Below, piece by piece: positions 1 to 12,156 of a stretch of 64,000 bases of DNA. The notes beneath the pieces were generated by a model, which was not told the DNA's origin, did not search any database, and was given only the letters and a program-made list of their open reading frames with translations. The stretch is from Utricularia gibba (lineage: Eukaryota; Plantae; Magnoliophyta): contig NEEC01000013.1 in NCBI GenBank assembly GCA_002189035.1, positions 434,001 through 498,000 on the forward strand, given 5' to 3'. Each line of letters opens with the position of its first letter. Position 1 is the first letter of the stretch. Both the position numbers and the translations under genes were made by a program.

Positions 1-870
1 GCTCAAGAACCCAGTTAGCGCTATTATTCCATGCTATGAATAGTAGCAGATAGAAACAGAACACTTTATTTGCTTAGTTTGCTGAACATTTTACTTTTGT
101 TGGCTATTTGTTTGATAATGTTTGGGATATTTTCTTCAGTTTATGAATATGAAATCTTGTTTTATTTCTCATACATGAGTAGCTAAACCTTAGTATGCCT
201 TAAGGTGTATAATAGTGATGTGGGAGCTAAGGTTCATAACACAATTGATCATTATTTCTTAGCTTTTGTTTTTATCATTTCATGGATAGACCTAAGGAGG
301 GAAATGAACAGCTTCACAACTCAGATGTTTGATTTAGAGTTAGACCAACAAATCAAGGTGGGATAGTAGGTATTAATTCAAGGTAGAATTAGTAGAACCG
401 GATAGACCCAATTCTATATACTTAACATGCGGGTAGAGTTAATTGCAATGTTGGCGATGATATTAGAGACTATATTAGCCGAAAACATGATGAATGACCT
501 AATTAGACTTAGGTTATTTAGAGATGTGATTATAGAAATTTTATAGATTAAATTAGTAACCTTAGTATCACATTATCAACATACCATTGAGGCATCTTGT
601 TGTTATTTTGTACTAGAGCCAGTATTTGTTACATTTTACATTGAGATTTTATTTTAAGTATTGAACTATCTACCATCACTAGTTTAAGCTTAGATTAAGA
701 ATAACGTTTATTCTGAATTCTACATCTGTTAAAACATGTTGCAAGCATCAGCTCCTTGTGATCGATCCCAAATTCCACTTTATATTTTGTATTTATTATA
801 TATTTTATGAGGATTAGAAATTATAAATTTATTTGATACAAAGATTTCATTTATTGCAATGTTTATAAGA
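1..870 (+). mobile_element. 3' part of an Athila-like Gypsy LTR, cut by the window start
   Basis: Opening GCTCAAGAACCCAGTTAGCGCTATTATT resembles GCTCAAGAACCTAGTTTAGCACTATTATT at about 44914. The end region (CTCCTTGTGATCGATCCC...CCACT...ATTTATTTGATA) resembles the ends of the LTRs at 44413-45769 and 49128-50305. Right boundary approximate. Confidence 0.6.
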
Positions 871-1759
871 ATTTTTTGTTTATTAGTTGCACATCTCCCA
901 GTGGATGTACTCAAATAAAAGTGTGCCAACATGAGTCAAATGACTGGAGGAACTTAAAGTGGATTCCTAACTCCCTGAACAGTTGTATCAAGAATCGGCT
1001 ATCATGTAAAACAATAAACCCTATAATCAAATGGAATACATACGAATCACATGGCACATCTTCTTCCTCACAAATTATGATAAATATTCTCATCATCCCT
1101 AGTGACTGAGTAATTATACAGCTAAGGGACACTTACATAGCTTGCAATACCATTTAACTAGGAGTCAATAGCACCAACTTTGGTGGGTGGTTGATCATCA
1201 ATAATTTCTCATGACTCTAGCATAAATAACATATACTCTTTAAGGATATAGTACATTTGTCTCATGTTATTGGCAATAGTCATACTCTTATCACATTACA
1301 AACAAACATAAATAATGATAATTAATTATTTAATTATAAATAAATAATGATGATAGTGTGTGTAAATAAAAAATTCATCTTTCAAGAAAAGAGGTTATTA
1401 AATAAATAACTATAATATTATATATATATTTATTTAATTATTTTCTGATATTATGAATCATAGTATTTCTTAAATATATTTTAATATACGTTAATTATAA
1501 TCTATTTTAATATAAGTTCTCATTAATTATTATTTAAATAAAAAATTATTAATAAAGTTAATTATATTTCTTTTAAAACTTACATTTTTAATATCAATTT
1601 GTATTTCAAAAATATAATTTTTATCAAATAAAAATACTGTATTTATTAAAATGTGATAATTATACATCAATGAAATATGCAATGAATAAAAAAAATTATT
1701 TTTTTAAAAAAATATGGGTATTCTACAAATATTTACAGAATGGAAAGTTGAAAATCATT

Positions 1760-2165
1760 GTAGTTTGTGGGGTCGAACAGAAGTGGTGATAGATCCGGGG
1801 CGAATGCCTGTCCGCTGAGTAGTGTGACCCGACCCGGACCAGCAGCAGTCCGAGGCCAGGCCACCATAACACACAATAGACGACAACACTGGAATTTCTC
1901 CTTCCGTGCAGAGGATTTTGTAGGCGTATTTTCAGGAGGAAAAAGCAAAAGCAGTCTTTTCAAAAAGGAAGAGTTTTCGAGCCGAAGGACAACAGACATC
2001 GTAAAAAGCAGAGGCAGACAAATGGCAATAAATAATTGAACACAGGTTGGCGCGGCGTGGCGTGGCGTGGCGTGGCTGAAGCCTAAGCCAACTGAGTGTC
2101 CACGACGGGGCGGGCCGGTAGTCCCGTCACTTTGAGGTTATGGTGGGGCCCGCACCGAATTCTAT
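1760..2165. promoter_or_regulatory. GC-rich non-coding island upstream of TOPLESS, with (GGCGT)4 and a class I TCP-type site GTGGGGCC at 2143-2150
   Basis: Abrupt GC-rich island in very AT-rich flanks, with no convincing ORF. The motifs are visible; the regulatory role is inferred. Confidence 0.4.
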
Positions 2166-5100
2166 TCCAGAAACATGATGCCTCGAAAAATTCGAGTTTC
2201 TTTTTTGGGAGGGTAATATCAGTTTTTAGAATGATGGAGAGCATATTTTACTTTAAATACACCCAGCGTAAAAGAGAAGGGTAGAATTACGTACGATTGG
2301 AGTAATGTTATAAAACGGAATTCAACCTTTACTCATATTTTTGAATTGATTTCTTTTTACAATATTTTGAATTAGGTTCAAAACATTACAAAAATATAAT
2401 TGAAATAGAATTCAAAGACTTTTATATAGTCGAACGAACCCTGAATTTTAAAAACGTTGGATTATAATAATTTCGTAGATGAAGATGAATGACGAGATTG
2501 CTGAGGTCATAGATTTCAATCAATATTTTGAATTGTATTATATCATATCAAAATGGAGTTCAGCTCTTTAACCAGCTTGATTTTCAAAATTAAATTATAT
2601 GATTTTTTCAATGGCAAGATTAACAATGGCCTATCGCCCCATAATAAAGTCTACTTTTAGGATGGTACGGGTACGTGGTATAGAAAAAGCTGAGGAGTTC
2701 CCACTCCCAATGCACCGCCATGCAGGGGATAAAATTTCGTGGCTCCCTCGACGATTTAGACTTGTGAGATGTATTGTATTTGCATTTTACCCTACTAATG
2801 AAATTTGTTTGCAATTCACCCTTCTTAGAAATTGAATTGAATTTTTGGTTTTATTCATTTATAACTTTCTCATTTTATCAAATAATTCATTAATATTCTT
2901 TTTTAAAGGATTACAAAATCTAATTATCAAAATATGTGATGCATTGTTTTTGTCAAAAAAAAATTAATACTATATTAATGATAAAAATGAAATAAATTTC
3001 ATGAATAAATATCAAACATATGATAAGATGGAATATCAAAATTACATTATGTAAGACAAATGAGTATTAAATTTCAAACATATGAATTGGATTAACATCC
3101 CATTTACACTCTCAACGTTGGAATTTTGAGTTTTTATAATTCAAATGATGTGTTCTTATGTTTTTTTTTCTTAAAAAAAAATCTACCTTACCTAGAATTT
3201 GTTATGTTGCAACTTTTTGAAGCTAGTGGTGAATGCTTTGAATTGGAAATAAGGTCCCTCATGACCTCCTTTTTGTTCTGTTTTTTATTCATAGAAAATA
3301 TTATTGGTGCACATGAAAGTGATTAAACAAACATATGGTTTACAAGCTTAAACTATATATTATTCATAATTAATTAATTCATACATAAATATTAGTATAT
3401 CAACATGTATTTGAAATCATATATAAGAAAATGTGGATCCAATATCCTTAGATCCACATACATCCCTCTAACCAATGAAATTCGGAAATACAAGCTTTGG
3501 GAATAATGTGAACAACGCTATCAAATATATAATTCGCAATTTCTCCAACCAAAAATACGAGCACATCAATGAAGTGAAGAAATACAGCGCGTTTGGTTTG
3601 TGGTGAAGACAAAATTGGGTTCCTATTCCTGGTCGCGGTGGTTCAACAAAGGATGATGATAGCGATGTATGCTGCTGCCTTCTACGCCATGTTCATTGAA
3701 TAAGACATGACGATTCCCAGTACCATAGAATAATAATTCTGCATTGCTATTATTATTTTGTTTTTCCCGTAGCTCAGCTCAGCTCAGCTCGGCCCCCATC
3801 ATCACATCTCATGCATCACGCAGGCCGCAGCATACTTTGTCTTTTCTTTTCTTTGTCAGTGTCCTACCCCCTAATCCGTCCACTTTTCTTCATTTTTATT
3901 ATCGTAACCACAACAATTCATCCCTACGAAAATGAGCAGCTAACCTCCAAAGGTCGGGAATGGGATCATTCCAACTTTTTGGGGGGCAAGTCTGGCCAGA
4001 CGAGGGCATGAAAGATGAAGAAGATAACAAGAAAGGACGTTTTGATACACCGGGCGGGGCAACCACTTTTCTAATGATGCCTCTGTGTTCACTTCATGTC
4101 ACTCCAAGTCCCTCAGTCGCTTTGGATTGAGCCTCTCTCTGCCTAGTGCCTGCCTGTTGTTTTCTCCAGCAAGCACGTTTAAGAGCCAGCCCCTACTGTG
4201 CTTCCTGGCTCGCCTATTTGCACACCATTTGGTTCTCACTCGGCATCACCATCATGCCCACACACTCGATCCCAACCTACCTGTTAGAATCGGTCCGGTC
4301 CTTACCCCAGATTTGCATCTCCAATCAAGGATCCACCTCATCACTCATCTACCTCACTACAAAGTATATATCAATTGCAAATAGCCCATGAACGCCAAAA
4401 TTGCAACTGCATCCTGATCATGTCGGAGTCAATCTCTAACACCTACGATCTCCTGCTCTTCAATTCTTATTCTCAACAAAAGAAAAAAAAAAAAAGGACA
4501 TCGTACTCTATATGAAAAATGCTTGGCGATCCGAAATCACCCTATACCTGACTATTTTAATATTCATTCAACGATTGCATAGTAAAATAATATATTTTTT
4601 GTGTGCATATCACTGTTTTCAAACATTAAGAACCCTCAAGACAATGGTTGTTTGAGTTAAGAAAACGATTTAACTTTTCAACGGCACTCAGTTTGTAATC
4701 ATTTATTATGTGTCTGAAAATATTATGAATCTGCTATGTAATTTGAAACTATAATTCACAAAATAAAATCAATTTTAAGATTATATGAATAGAATCAATT
4801 TAAAATTATAAACTGTTTTATAGAATAATATAAAATTATATTATAAAATTTAATATAATAAAATATATAGGTCAAAGTTTAATATATTAAATTATATAAT
4901 TTAATTTGATGACATAAAATTTTTTTAAATAGATAACAAAATAAATATTATAATTTTTCTAATCAATATGTTATTTAATCTATGAAATATAGATTTAAAA
5001 AATTCAATTATTTTTGAAAATAATTATAGAATCTTAATTTCTAATTTTATTACGGAACGATTAAAGATTATGTTCTTAAACAATTAAATAAAGTCACTTC

Positions 5101-5379
5101 AAAAAAATTAATAATACATAACACATCCTATTTTAGTTGTAAGATTGTCATAAAGGGTTTGTGTATTTAATATTTTATTATCATAATGATCTCTCACTCC
5201 CTCTCACACACATGCAATTTCGTATATATGTGTGTATCTTCATTAGTAATAAAAGTGCACACAATCCCTGAAGGATAAAATTAAGAATATATGATTTCCA
5301 GAATGAATAAAATGTGAAACCGGTCAAATTCCATGTATGGGAAATATGATTTATGACATCCGGACATTGGATTCTCGTA

Positions 5380-5870
5380 AGCATATTTTAAATTTACGTT
5401 TTTGTAAGGGCGTCGAGGTGTTTCCCAGATCTGGACGTTTGTTACCGAGCAATCCAGTCTCAGCCGTTGGATCTCTGAGATTGCAACGGGGCCCACCGAC
5501 ACAACAAAAAACCTAATCCTCAGCACGCTCGCTCGCTCGCCCGCCCGCCCGCCCGCCCGCCTCCAATTAACAAAATATTAAACAAAACGTGATGTTGCGT
5601 GTCCCATTCATTCAGCCATCGAAACCCGAGGCTGCTTCAAAACTCGCTTGCCAGCTGGAATTTCACAGACGACCAAGTCCCGTGGGGCCCGCTCTACTAT
5701 TCAGAATGGATAAGCTGGATGGCTTATTGCTTGATAAGAGGGTGTGCCTATCTCTTGGTCTGGGCTGCCTGTTTCCAAATATTACTTGGTATCTGAAAGT
5801 AATGTCGGTGTTTTAAGAATTTTTTTTCTTTCTTTTCAACCTATAAAATGGAGAGAGAAACAACGCTCGG
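5380..5870 (+). promoter_or_regulatory. TOPLESS proximal promoter
   Basis: GGGCCCAC (5489-5496) next to CCGACA (5496-5501), a (CGCT)n(CGCC)n microsatellite at about 5526-5561, GTGGGGCC (5682-5689) and TATA-like TATAAAA (5842-5848). These precede a pyrimidine-rich leader and a probable 5'UTR intron ending CACAG before the ATG at 6618. Confidence 0.55.
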
Positions 5871-6617
5871 GAATTATGTCTACGAGGATTCCGTATCTCG
5901 GGAGCCTGCGTCGTGGTCACTCCCCCTCCACGGATCTCCTCCCCCGACTGTACTTTTTATTCGCTTCTCTCTTTCGCCATACCCAAATGCTTGCATCTTG
6001 TGTCTGTGTGGGTCTCCAACATTTAAGTTTCAAACTTTTGCAAAAAGTTGTTTTCTTTTCTCGTGTGGAATTGGAATTTGATGGTCTTTTGTTTTTACTG
6101 TGTGCGTTTATACAGTAGCAAATTATTGACTTGCCTCACTTTTTTTTTTCGTTTTGGTTACTTTTCCTCTTTTCGCGCATCTGGGAGTCTTTCCGACGCC
6201 TCGTTCACCGTCGTGATACGTTGTTTTTAACTTGGGATTTCTCTGTTCCTCTCGCAACTTTGAAATCTGTATTTTGGGGGTTGGCGCGCGTGCTCAATCT
6301 GTCCTCAAGCCTTGCAGTTTCCTTGTTCTTATATCAGTTCCAAATGTTCTTGTGTTTGTGTATGTTTTTCCCCTCTTTTTTCAGTATCCGTCTGATTTTT
6401 GTTTCGCTTTATAGTGTTCAGTGGTTGGTGTTTGTCGGAATTGCTTCAAGGTTTTTGTGAATAAGAATGGAATGGCTGCAATTAAATACTCCACGAGTAG
6501 CTGGCCGTTTCATTAATTGTTTTTTTTTCGCTGCTCCTCCTTTCCAGTAAAATAGTTTTATTTTGGGTGCTCACAGATCCGTTGCCGAACGTATTTTCTA
6601 AGGTTTGAACAAGACCC

Positions 6618-9600
6618 ATGTCTTCTCTCAGTAGAGAACTCGTTTTCCTGATCTTACAGTTCCTCGATGAAGAGAAGTTTAAAGATACTGTTCACAAGTA
6701 GGGATTTTATTATGTAGCTTAACGTTGTTTAAAGATACAATGATGATTGTAACATTGTTTCGCCAGGCTTGAACAAGAATCCGGGTTCTACTTTAACATG
6801 AAGCATTTCGAAGATGAAGTGCAAAATGGTAACTGGGAGGAGGTTGAGAGATACCTCTCCGGGTTCACTAAAGTGGAGGACAATCGTTACTCGATGAAGA
6901 TATTTTTCGAGATTAGGAAACAGAAGTATCTTGAGTCTTTAGACAGGTAACAGTAGAATTGGCCTGTCAAAACTGTGGTTTTTCATTTATCAAAACTGTG
7001 GTTTTTCATTTAATCAACCTTGAGTTTACGTAGGGATGATCGCTCCAAAGCTGTTGACATCCTTATGAAAGATATTAAAGTTTTTGCATCGTTTAATGAA
7101 GACCTTTTTAAAGAGATTACCCAACTTCTGACCTTAGAGAACTTCAGGTACGTTCGAATATCATGGTTAGTCAATGTGTTTGAAACAAGGCATTCATTTA
7201 TATTGAGTACGGTGCTGCAGAGAGAATGAGCAGCTTTCCAAGTATGGGGATACCAAATCCGCACGTTCTATAATGCTGGTTGAGTTAAAGAAGTTGATTG
7301 AAGCCAATCCACTATTTCGTGACAAGTTACAGTTTCCAAACGTCAGAAGTTCGCGGTTGCGGACACTTGTAAATCAAAGGTGCATACCCATGAGTTGAAT
7401 CTTCTTCCTGGCTTTGAAGAATGTTGAAGAAAATAACCTTGTGATATATTTAGACTATGTCCAAAAAAAAAAAAAAAAACGAAGGATGAAGATTGTTTAA
7501 CTTGCATCTCCTGAAGCATATTTTAAGATGCTACCTCCTACTGCTTTGCTTCATATGCTAACCTCATGCTTATCCATCTTCAGACAAAAGATGAAGTTTG
7601 TTTACTTGTCACGCCCTACTATTCGCATACTAACCTCATGCTTATCCTTTATCAGCTTAAATTGGCAGCACCAACTCTGCAAGAATCCTAGGCCAAATCC
7701 GGATATCAAAACTCTTTTTGTTGACCATTCCTGTGGGCAACCAAATGGTGTATGTGCACCCTCCCCAGCAAGCAATCCTTTATTTGGAGGAGCTGTGCCA
7801 AAACCTGGTGGTTTCCCTCCTTTTGGTGCTCATCATGTAGTTGCTGTACGTTATTCTGCTACCCGTTTCTTTGTTTCTTCGATATCCTTGTGGTATATAA
7901 CTGATGTCACACCAATTTTTGACTACTGAGCAGCCGTTCCAGGCTGCACCAACACCTGTTCCAACTCCTCTAGCTGGTTGGATGTGTAGCACACCTGCTG
8001 GAACTCACCCTTCTGTTTCCGGTGGGCCTACAGCTCTTGTTGCTCCACCGATGCCTGGTACATATTCTTCAATGGAAATCAAATGTAATTGTAGTTATTT
8101 CTGTAACAATTTTCTCAACGTCTTGCTAGGTGCAACTGTCCTCAAGCATCCCAGGGCTCCACCAGCAAATCAGTCTGCTGATTTTCTACCTGCTGATTCC
8201 GAGCCTTCAAGCAAAAGGGCCAGGCCATTAGGAATCACTGATGAGATAGTTGAGTGCCAAAAAACACTCCGTACTGCTTATTTTCCTGAACTTCTATGGG
8301 GCTGGAAAAAAACTCGTGAAAGTTTCTTTTCCTAAACTTCTATGGGGTTATGCAGGTGAATATTCCGTTTCCTGGACATGCCACCCACAGCCAGAGCTTC
8401 AATTCCCCAGATGACTTGCCAAAGACGGTAGCATGTACAATGAATCAAGGATCATCTACTATGAGCATGGATTTTCATCCTGCCCAACAGACTCTCCTTC
8501 TAGGTTGCACTTAATTTCTCAGGTTCAAAATTTTTGTCATGTTTGAGGGTATTAACATGCTGCTCTTTCTGTGATGTGAACACAGTTGGCACCAACGTGG
8601 GTGAGATTGGGTTGTGGGAAGTCGGGCTGCGTGAGAGGCTAGTTCATAAGAACTTTGAAGTCCGTGATCTAAATGCTTGTTCCATGCCTTTACAGGTACA
8701 CTGTTGTCTATCATCATTTACTCCGAACCTTTGTTTGACATCTTAACTTAAAGTTGGAGGTATATGTCTTCTCTATTGTACAGACTGCCCTGGTGAAAGA
8801 TCCAGGCGTTTCAGTGAATCGCGTGATATGGAGTCCTGATGGGTCTTTATTTGGCAAGTTTTTATGTTGACAATGGCTTTTTGTTGGAGGAAATGATCAA
8901 AATCTTAACCTTTCATCTGTATTTCATTAGGAGTTGCATACTCAAAGCACCTCGTACAGATTTTTTCGTACCATGGAAATGGTGATGTTCGTTATCATTT
9001 GGAGGTATGTTAATATTTTTCAATAGTGATTAACACGAAGTATTTTAATATTCGCATCTGATTCATACAGATTGATGCGCATGTGGGAGGGGTAAATGAT
9101 CTCGCATTTTCACTCCCCAATAAGCTACTTTGTGTTGTAACCTGCGGAGATGACAAGCTTATCAAGGTTTGTTGAAGATACATAGTATTTGGGATTGCTT
9201 TTTACTAAATGCAGATGTGCTTATGTGAGCTGTTGTGGTTAGGTATGGGACGCCTCTAGTGGTTCCAAACTGTTTACATTCGAAGGTCATGAGTCCCCTG
9301 TGTATTCAGTATGCCCACACTACAAAGAGAATATTCAGGTGGGTGTACTGATTCAACCAACCCTTTTTTTTGTTAATGATCTGAAGATTCACAGAGTTCA
9401 TTTTGCAGTGTAAACCACAGTTCCTGTTTCATTACAGTAACTAATCATGACCTGTTTGGTTCGTAGTTCATATTTTCTACAGCATTAGATGGGAAGATTA
9501 AGGCCTGGTTATATGACAACCAGGGATCTCGAGTGGACTATGATGCGCCAGGTCGATGGTGCACAACAATGGCCTACAGCACTGATGGAACAAGGTAGAG

Positions 9601-12156
9601 ATGGTCTCAGGAAAAAAAAAAAAAAAAAAAATTTAGTGTTGCTGCCTACTTAACAAAGCTTTGAACTGGTGATTTTCTTTCTCAGGGTGTTCTCTTGCGG
9701 GACAAGCAAAGACGGAGAGACGCACATTGTTGAGTGGAATGAAAGTGAAGGAGCTGTGAAAAGAACATATCAAGGTTTCAGTAAGCGATCATTAGGTGTT
9801 GTACAGTTCGATACATGTAAAAATAGGTATTTGGCTGCCGGTGATGAGTTCTCCATCAAATTCTGGGACATGAACAGCACTCAACTTCTGACCAGTAGTG
9901 ACGCAGATGGAGGTCTTCCTGTTAGTATTCTCATGAATAGGGTGGCGCCTGTTGATTAGTGCTTTATGCCTTTAGAAGATTACGTGATTTTCTATGACAA
10001 TTTCCAGGCAAGTCCACGTATACGCTTCAACAAGGATGGGAACCTCCTGGCTGTTTCTACCAATGAAAATGAAATCAAGATATTAGCAAATGCTGCTGGG
10101 CTTCGGATGCTACGGGTGTTTGAGAATCAAACATTTGATGTCCGATCTGAAGCAGTAAAGGTATTTGTTGCTTCTTGAGTTGTTTCCTAGCATAATCATC
10201 ATAACAAAAATGAAGTTTCTCATTTTCTCAGGCTGCTGTGAACTCAGTGGCTGCACCAACTGCAAACAGCACAGGACTTACAGAGCGGTTACCTTCAGCT
10301 GCTATCTCTGCAGTGGTTAGCATCGTTTCCATGGGAAATTGATTCCTTGCTTTCAAATTCCTCATGTACGTGTTTTCTATCTCTTTAGAATGCGGAGTCC
10401 AGAAATCTTTCAGATCTAAAGTCTAGGATGCCAGAAGAAACTAGTGATAAGTCCAAGGTCTGGAAGCTCATTGAAATTAATGAACCAACTCTCCTCCGGT
10501 CCTTGAGGCTTCCTGAAAATCTGAGAGTACCAAAGGCATGCATACATCCATCTACACGAGTGTTTTTATTTTCCCCATTTAACACCCTTCTGTTTATAGC
10601 ACCAGTCTATGCTTCATATGCTACTGTTGCAGATATCGAGATTGATATATACATATTCTGGAAATAGCATACTCGCATTAGCTTCGAACGCAATTCATTT
10701 ACTCTGGAAACGGCATGGAACTGATCGTAATTCAAGTGGGAAGGCAAGTTGTGATGTACTTTTCCTTTTGAATGTGTCATGCCTTACAAAAAAAAAAAAA
10801 ACCAGATTCAAGCAGTGGTGGCTATGCAGGCAGCTGCCAGTGCGGCTCTGCAGTTATGGCAGCCATCAAGTGGAAGCCAGATGACCAACGATACATCCGA
10901 ATCAAACCCAGAGGAAGCTGTTCATTGCTTTGCGTTGTCCAAAAACGACTCTTACGTAATGTCAGCATCCGGAGGAAAGATTTCTTTATTCAACATGATG
11001 TCTTTCAAGGTAACAAGTACATCAGTTTATAGAACGCCACTTTTGAGTTTCTCGTGATGTCTCATGTTTAATTTTGTGCTTCAGACAATGACCACATTCA
11101 TGCCTCCACCGCCAGCTGCAACATTTTTGGCATTCCATCCCCAAGATAACAACATTGTTGCAATTGGGATGGACGATTCCTCTATTCAGATATATAATGT
11201 TCGAATTGACGAGGTAAGCAGCGTAAAAAACTTGTAGAATGTAAGCATAAGAAGTTCCTTTTCTTTTTTTCTTTTTTTTATCAGGGAATCATACCTTTTC
11301 AGGTTAAGTGTAAACTTAAAGGCCACTCCAACAGAATAACTGGTCTTGCCTTCTCAAATGTGCTTGGTGTCCTACTTTCTTCTGGTGCTGATGCTCAGGT
11401 CAGAAGCTCATTTATCATGTGCTTTGAACATAGGATTAGAAAAATCATGCGTCGCTTCAAATTCCTGTACAGATTTGCACTTGGAATTGTGATGGATGGG
11501 ACAAACAGAGATCAAGAGCTTTGCAACTCCCGCCTGGAAGGTCGCTGGCTGCACAGTCCGAGACTCACGTTCAGTTTCACCAAGATCAAATTCACTTTCT
11601 GGTTGTACACGAGACCCATCTTGCAATACATGAAGCTTCCAAGTTGGAATGCGTAAAACAGGTAATTCTTTGAGTTTAGCCTTAGTTTCACAGCTTGATA
11701 TCTCACCAGATTTGTTTCGTTTTCAGTGGACCTCTCATGAGTCTTACGTCCCCATTTCGCACGCAACGTTCTCATGTGACAGCCAGCTTGTTTATGCTAC
11801 TTTCGTGGATGCAAGTGTTTGCATCTTCACTGGTGCACACCTCCGGTTACGATGCCGAATCAGCCCCGCTGCTTATCTTCCAACTAGTCTCAGGCAAGCC
11901 TCCTGCATCTCTATTTGTTTATAAAACGTGGGAGTGATGAAGCTTAAGCTTCACCTGTGTTTTATCCCACAGTTCGAACAGCGTGCACCCGCTAGTGATA
12001 GCAGCACATCCAAGACAGTCGAATCAGTTCGCATTAGGCCTGTCGGATGGCTCAGTCGTTGTTGTCGAGCCACTGGAGCCGGAAGGCAAATGGGGCCAGC
12101 CACCACCGGTCGAAAATGGTACCGCCCCCATCGCTGCTCTGGCAAGCGCTCCCTAG
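6618..12156 (+). CDS. TPL: TOPLESS/TOPLESS-RELATED transcriptional corepressor (LisH-CTLH-CRA plus two WD40 propellers), about 1117 aa
   Basis: Starts MSSLSRELVFLILQFLDEEKF; later LRTLVNQSLNWQHQLCKNPRPNPDIKTLF, IDAHVGGVNDLAF and FALSKNDSYVMSASGGKISLFNMM. Exons: 6618-6697, 6767-6946, 7034-7147, 7221-7379, 7656-7836, 7934-8057, 8130-8248, 8356-8503, 8586-8695, 8784-8853, 8931-9004, 9071-9166, 9243-9338, 9467-9594, 9686-9920, 10008-10160, 10232-10315, 10389-10535, 10633-10743, 10830-11009, 11085-11213, 11303-11398, 11473-11661, 11727-11893, 11973-12156 (sum 3354 nt, in frame). Which TPL/TPR paralog this is cannot be determined here. Confidence 0.97.
6967..7012. repeat. 23-bp perfect tandem duplication in TOPLESS intron 2
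   Basis: TCAAAACTGTGGTTTTTCATTTA occurs twice head to tail. Confidence 0.9.

Noticed and set aside
876-1270. Short ORFs at 876-1132
   Set aside because: No recognisable protein; adjacent to an LTR and probably decayed retroelement sequence.
4421-6438. Three TGTCGG/CCGACA ARF-type sites (4421, 5496, 6433) as evidence of auxin feedback on TOPLESS
   Set aside because: About one to two are expected by chance in this length of sequence, and they are not arranged as paired repeats.
10700-10715. CGG at a conserved Trp position in TOPLESS as a possible C-to-U editing site
   Set aside because: Plant C-to-U editing is organellar and this is a spliced nuclear gene. The other W-to-R site (CGT) could not be fixed by editing.
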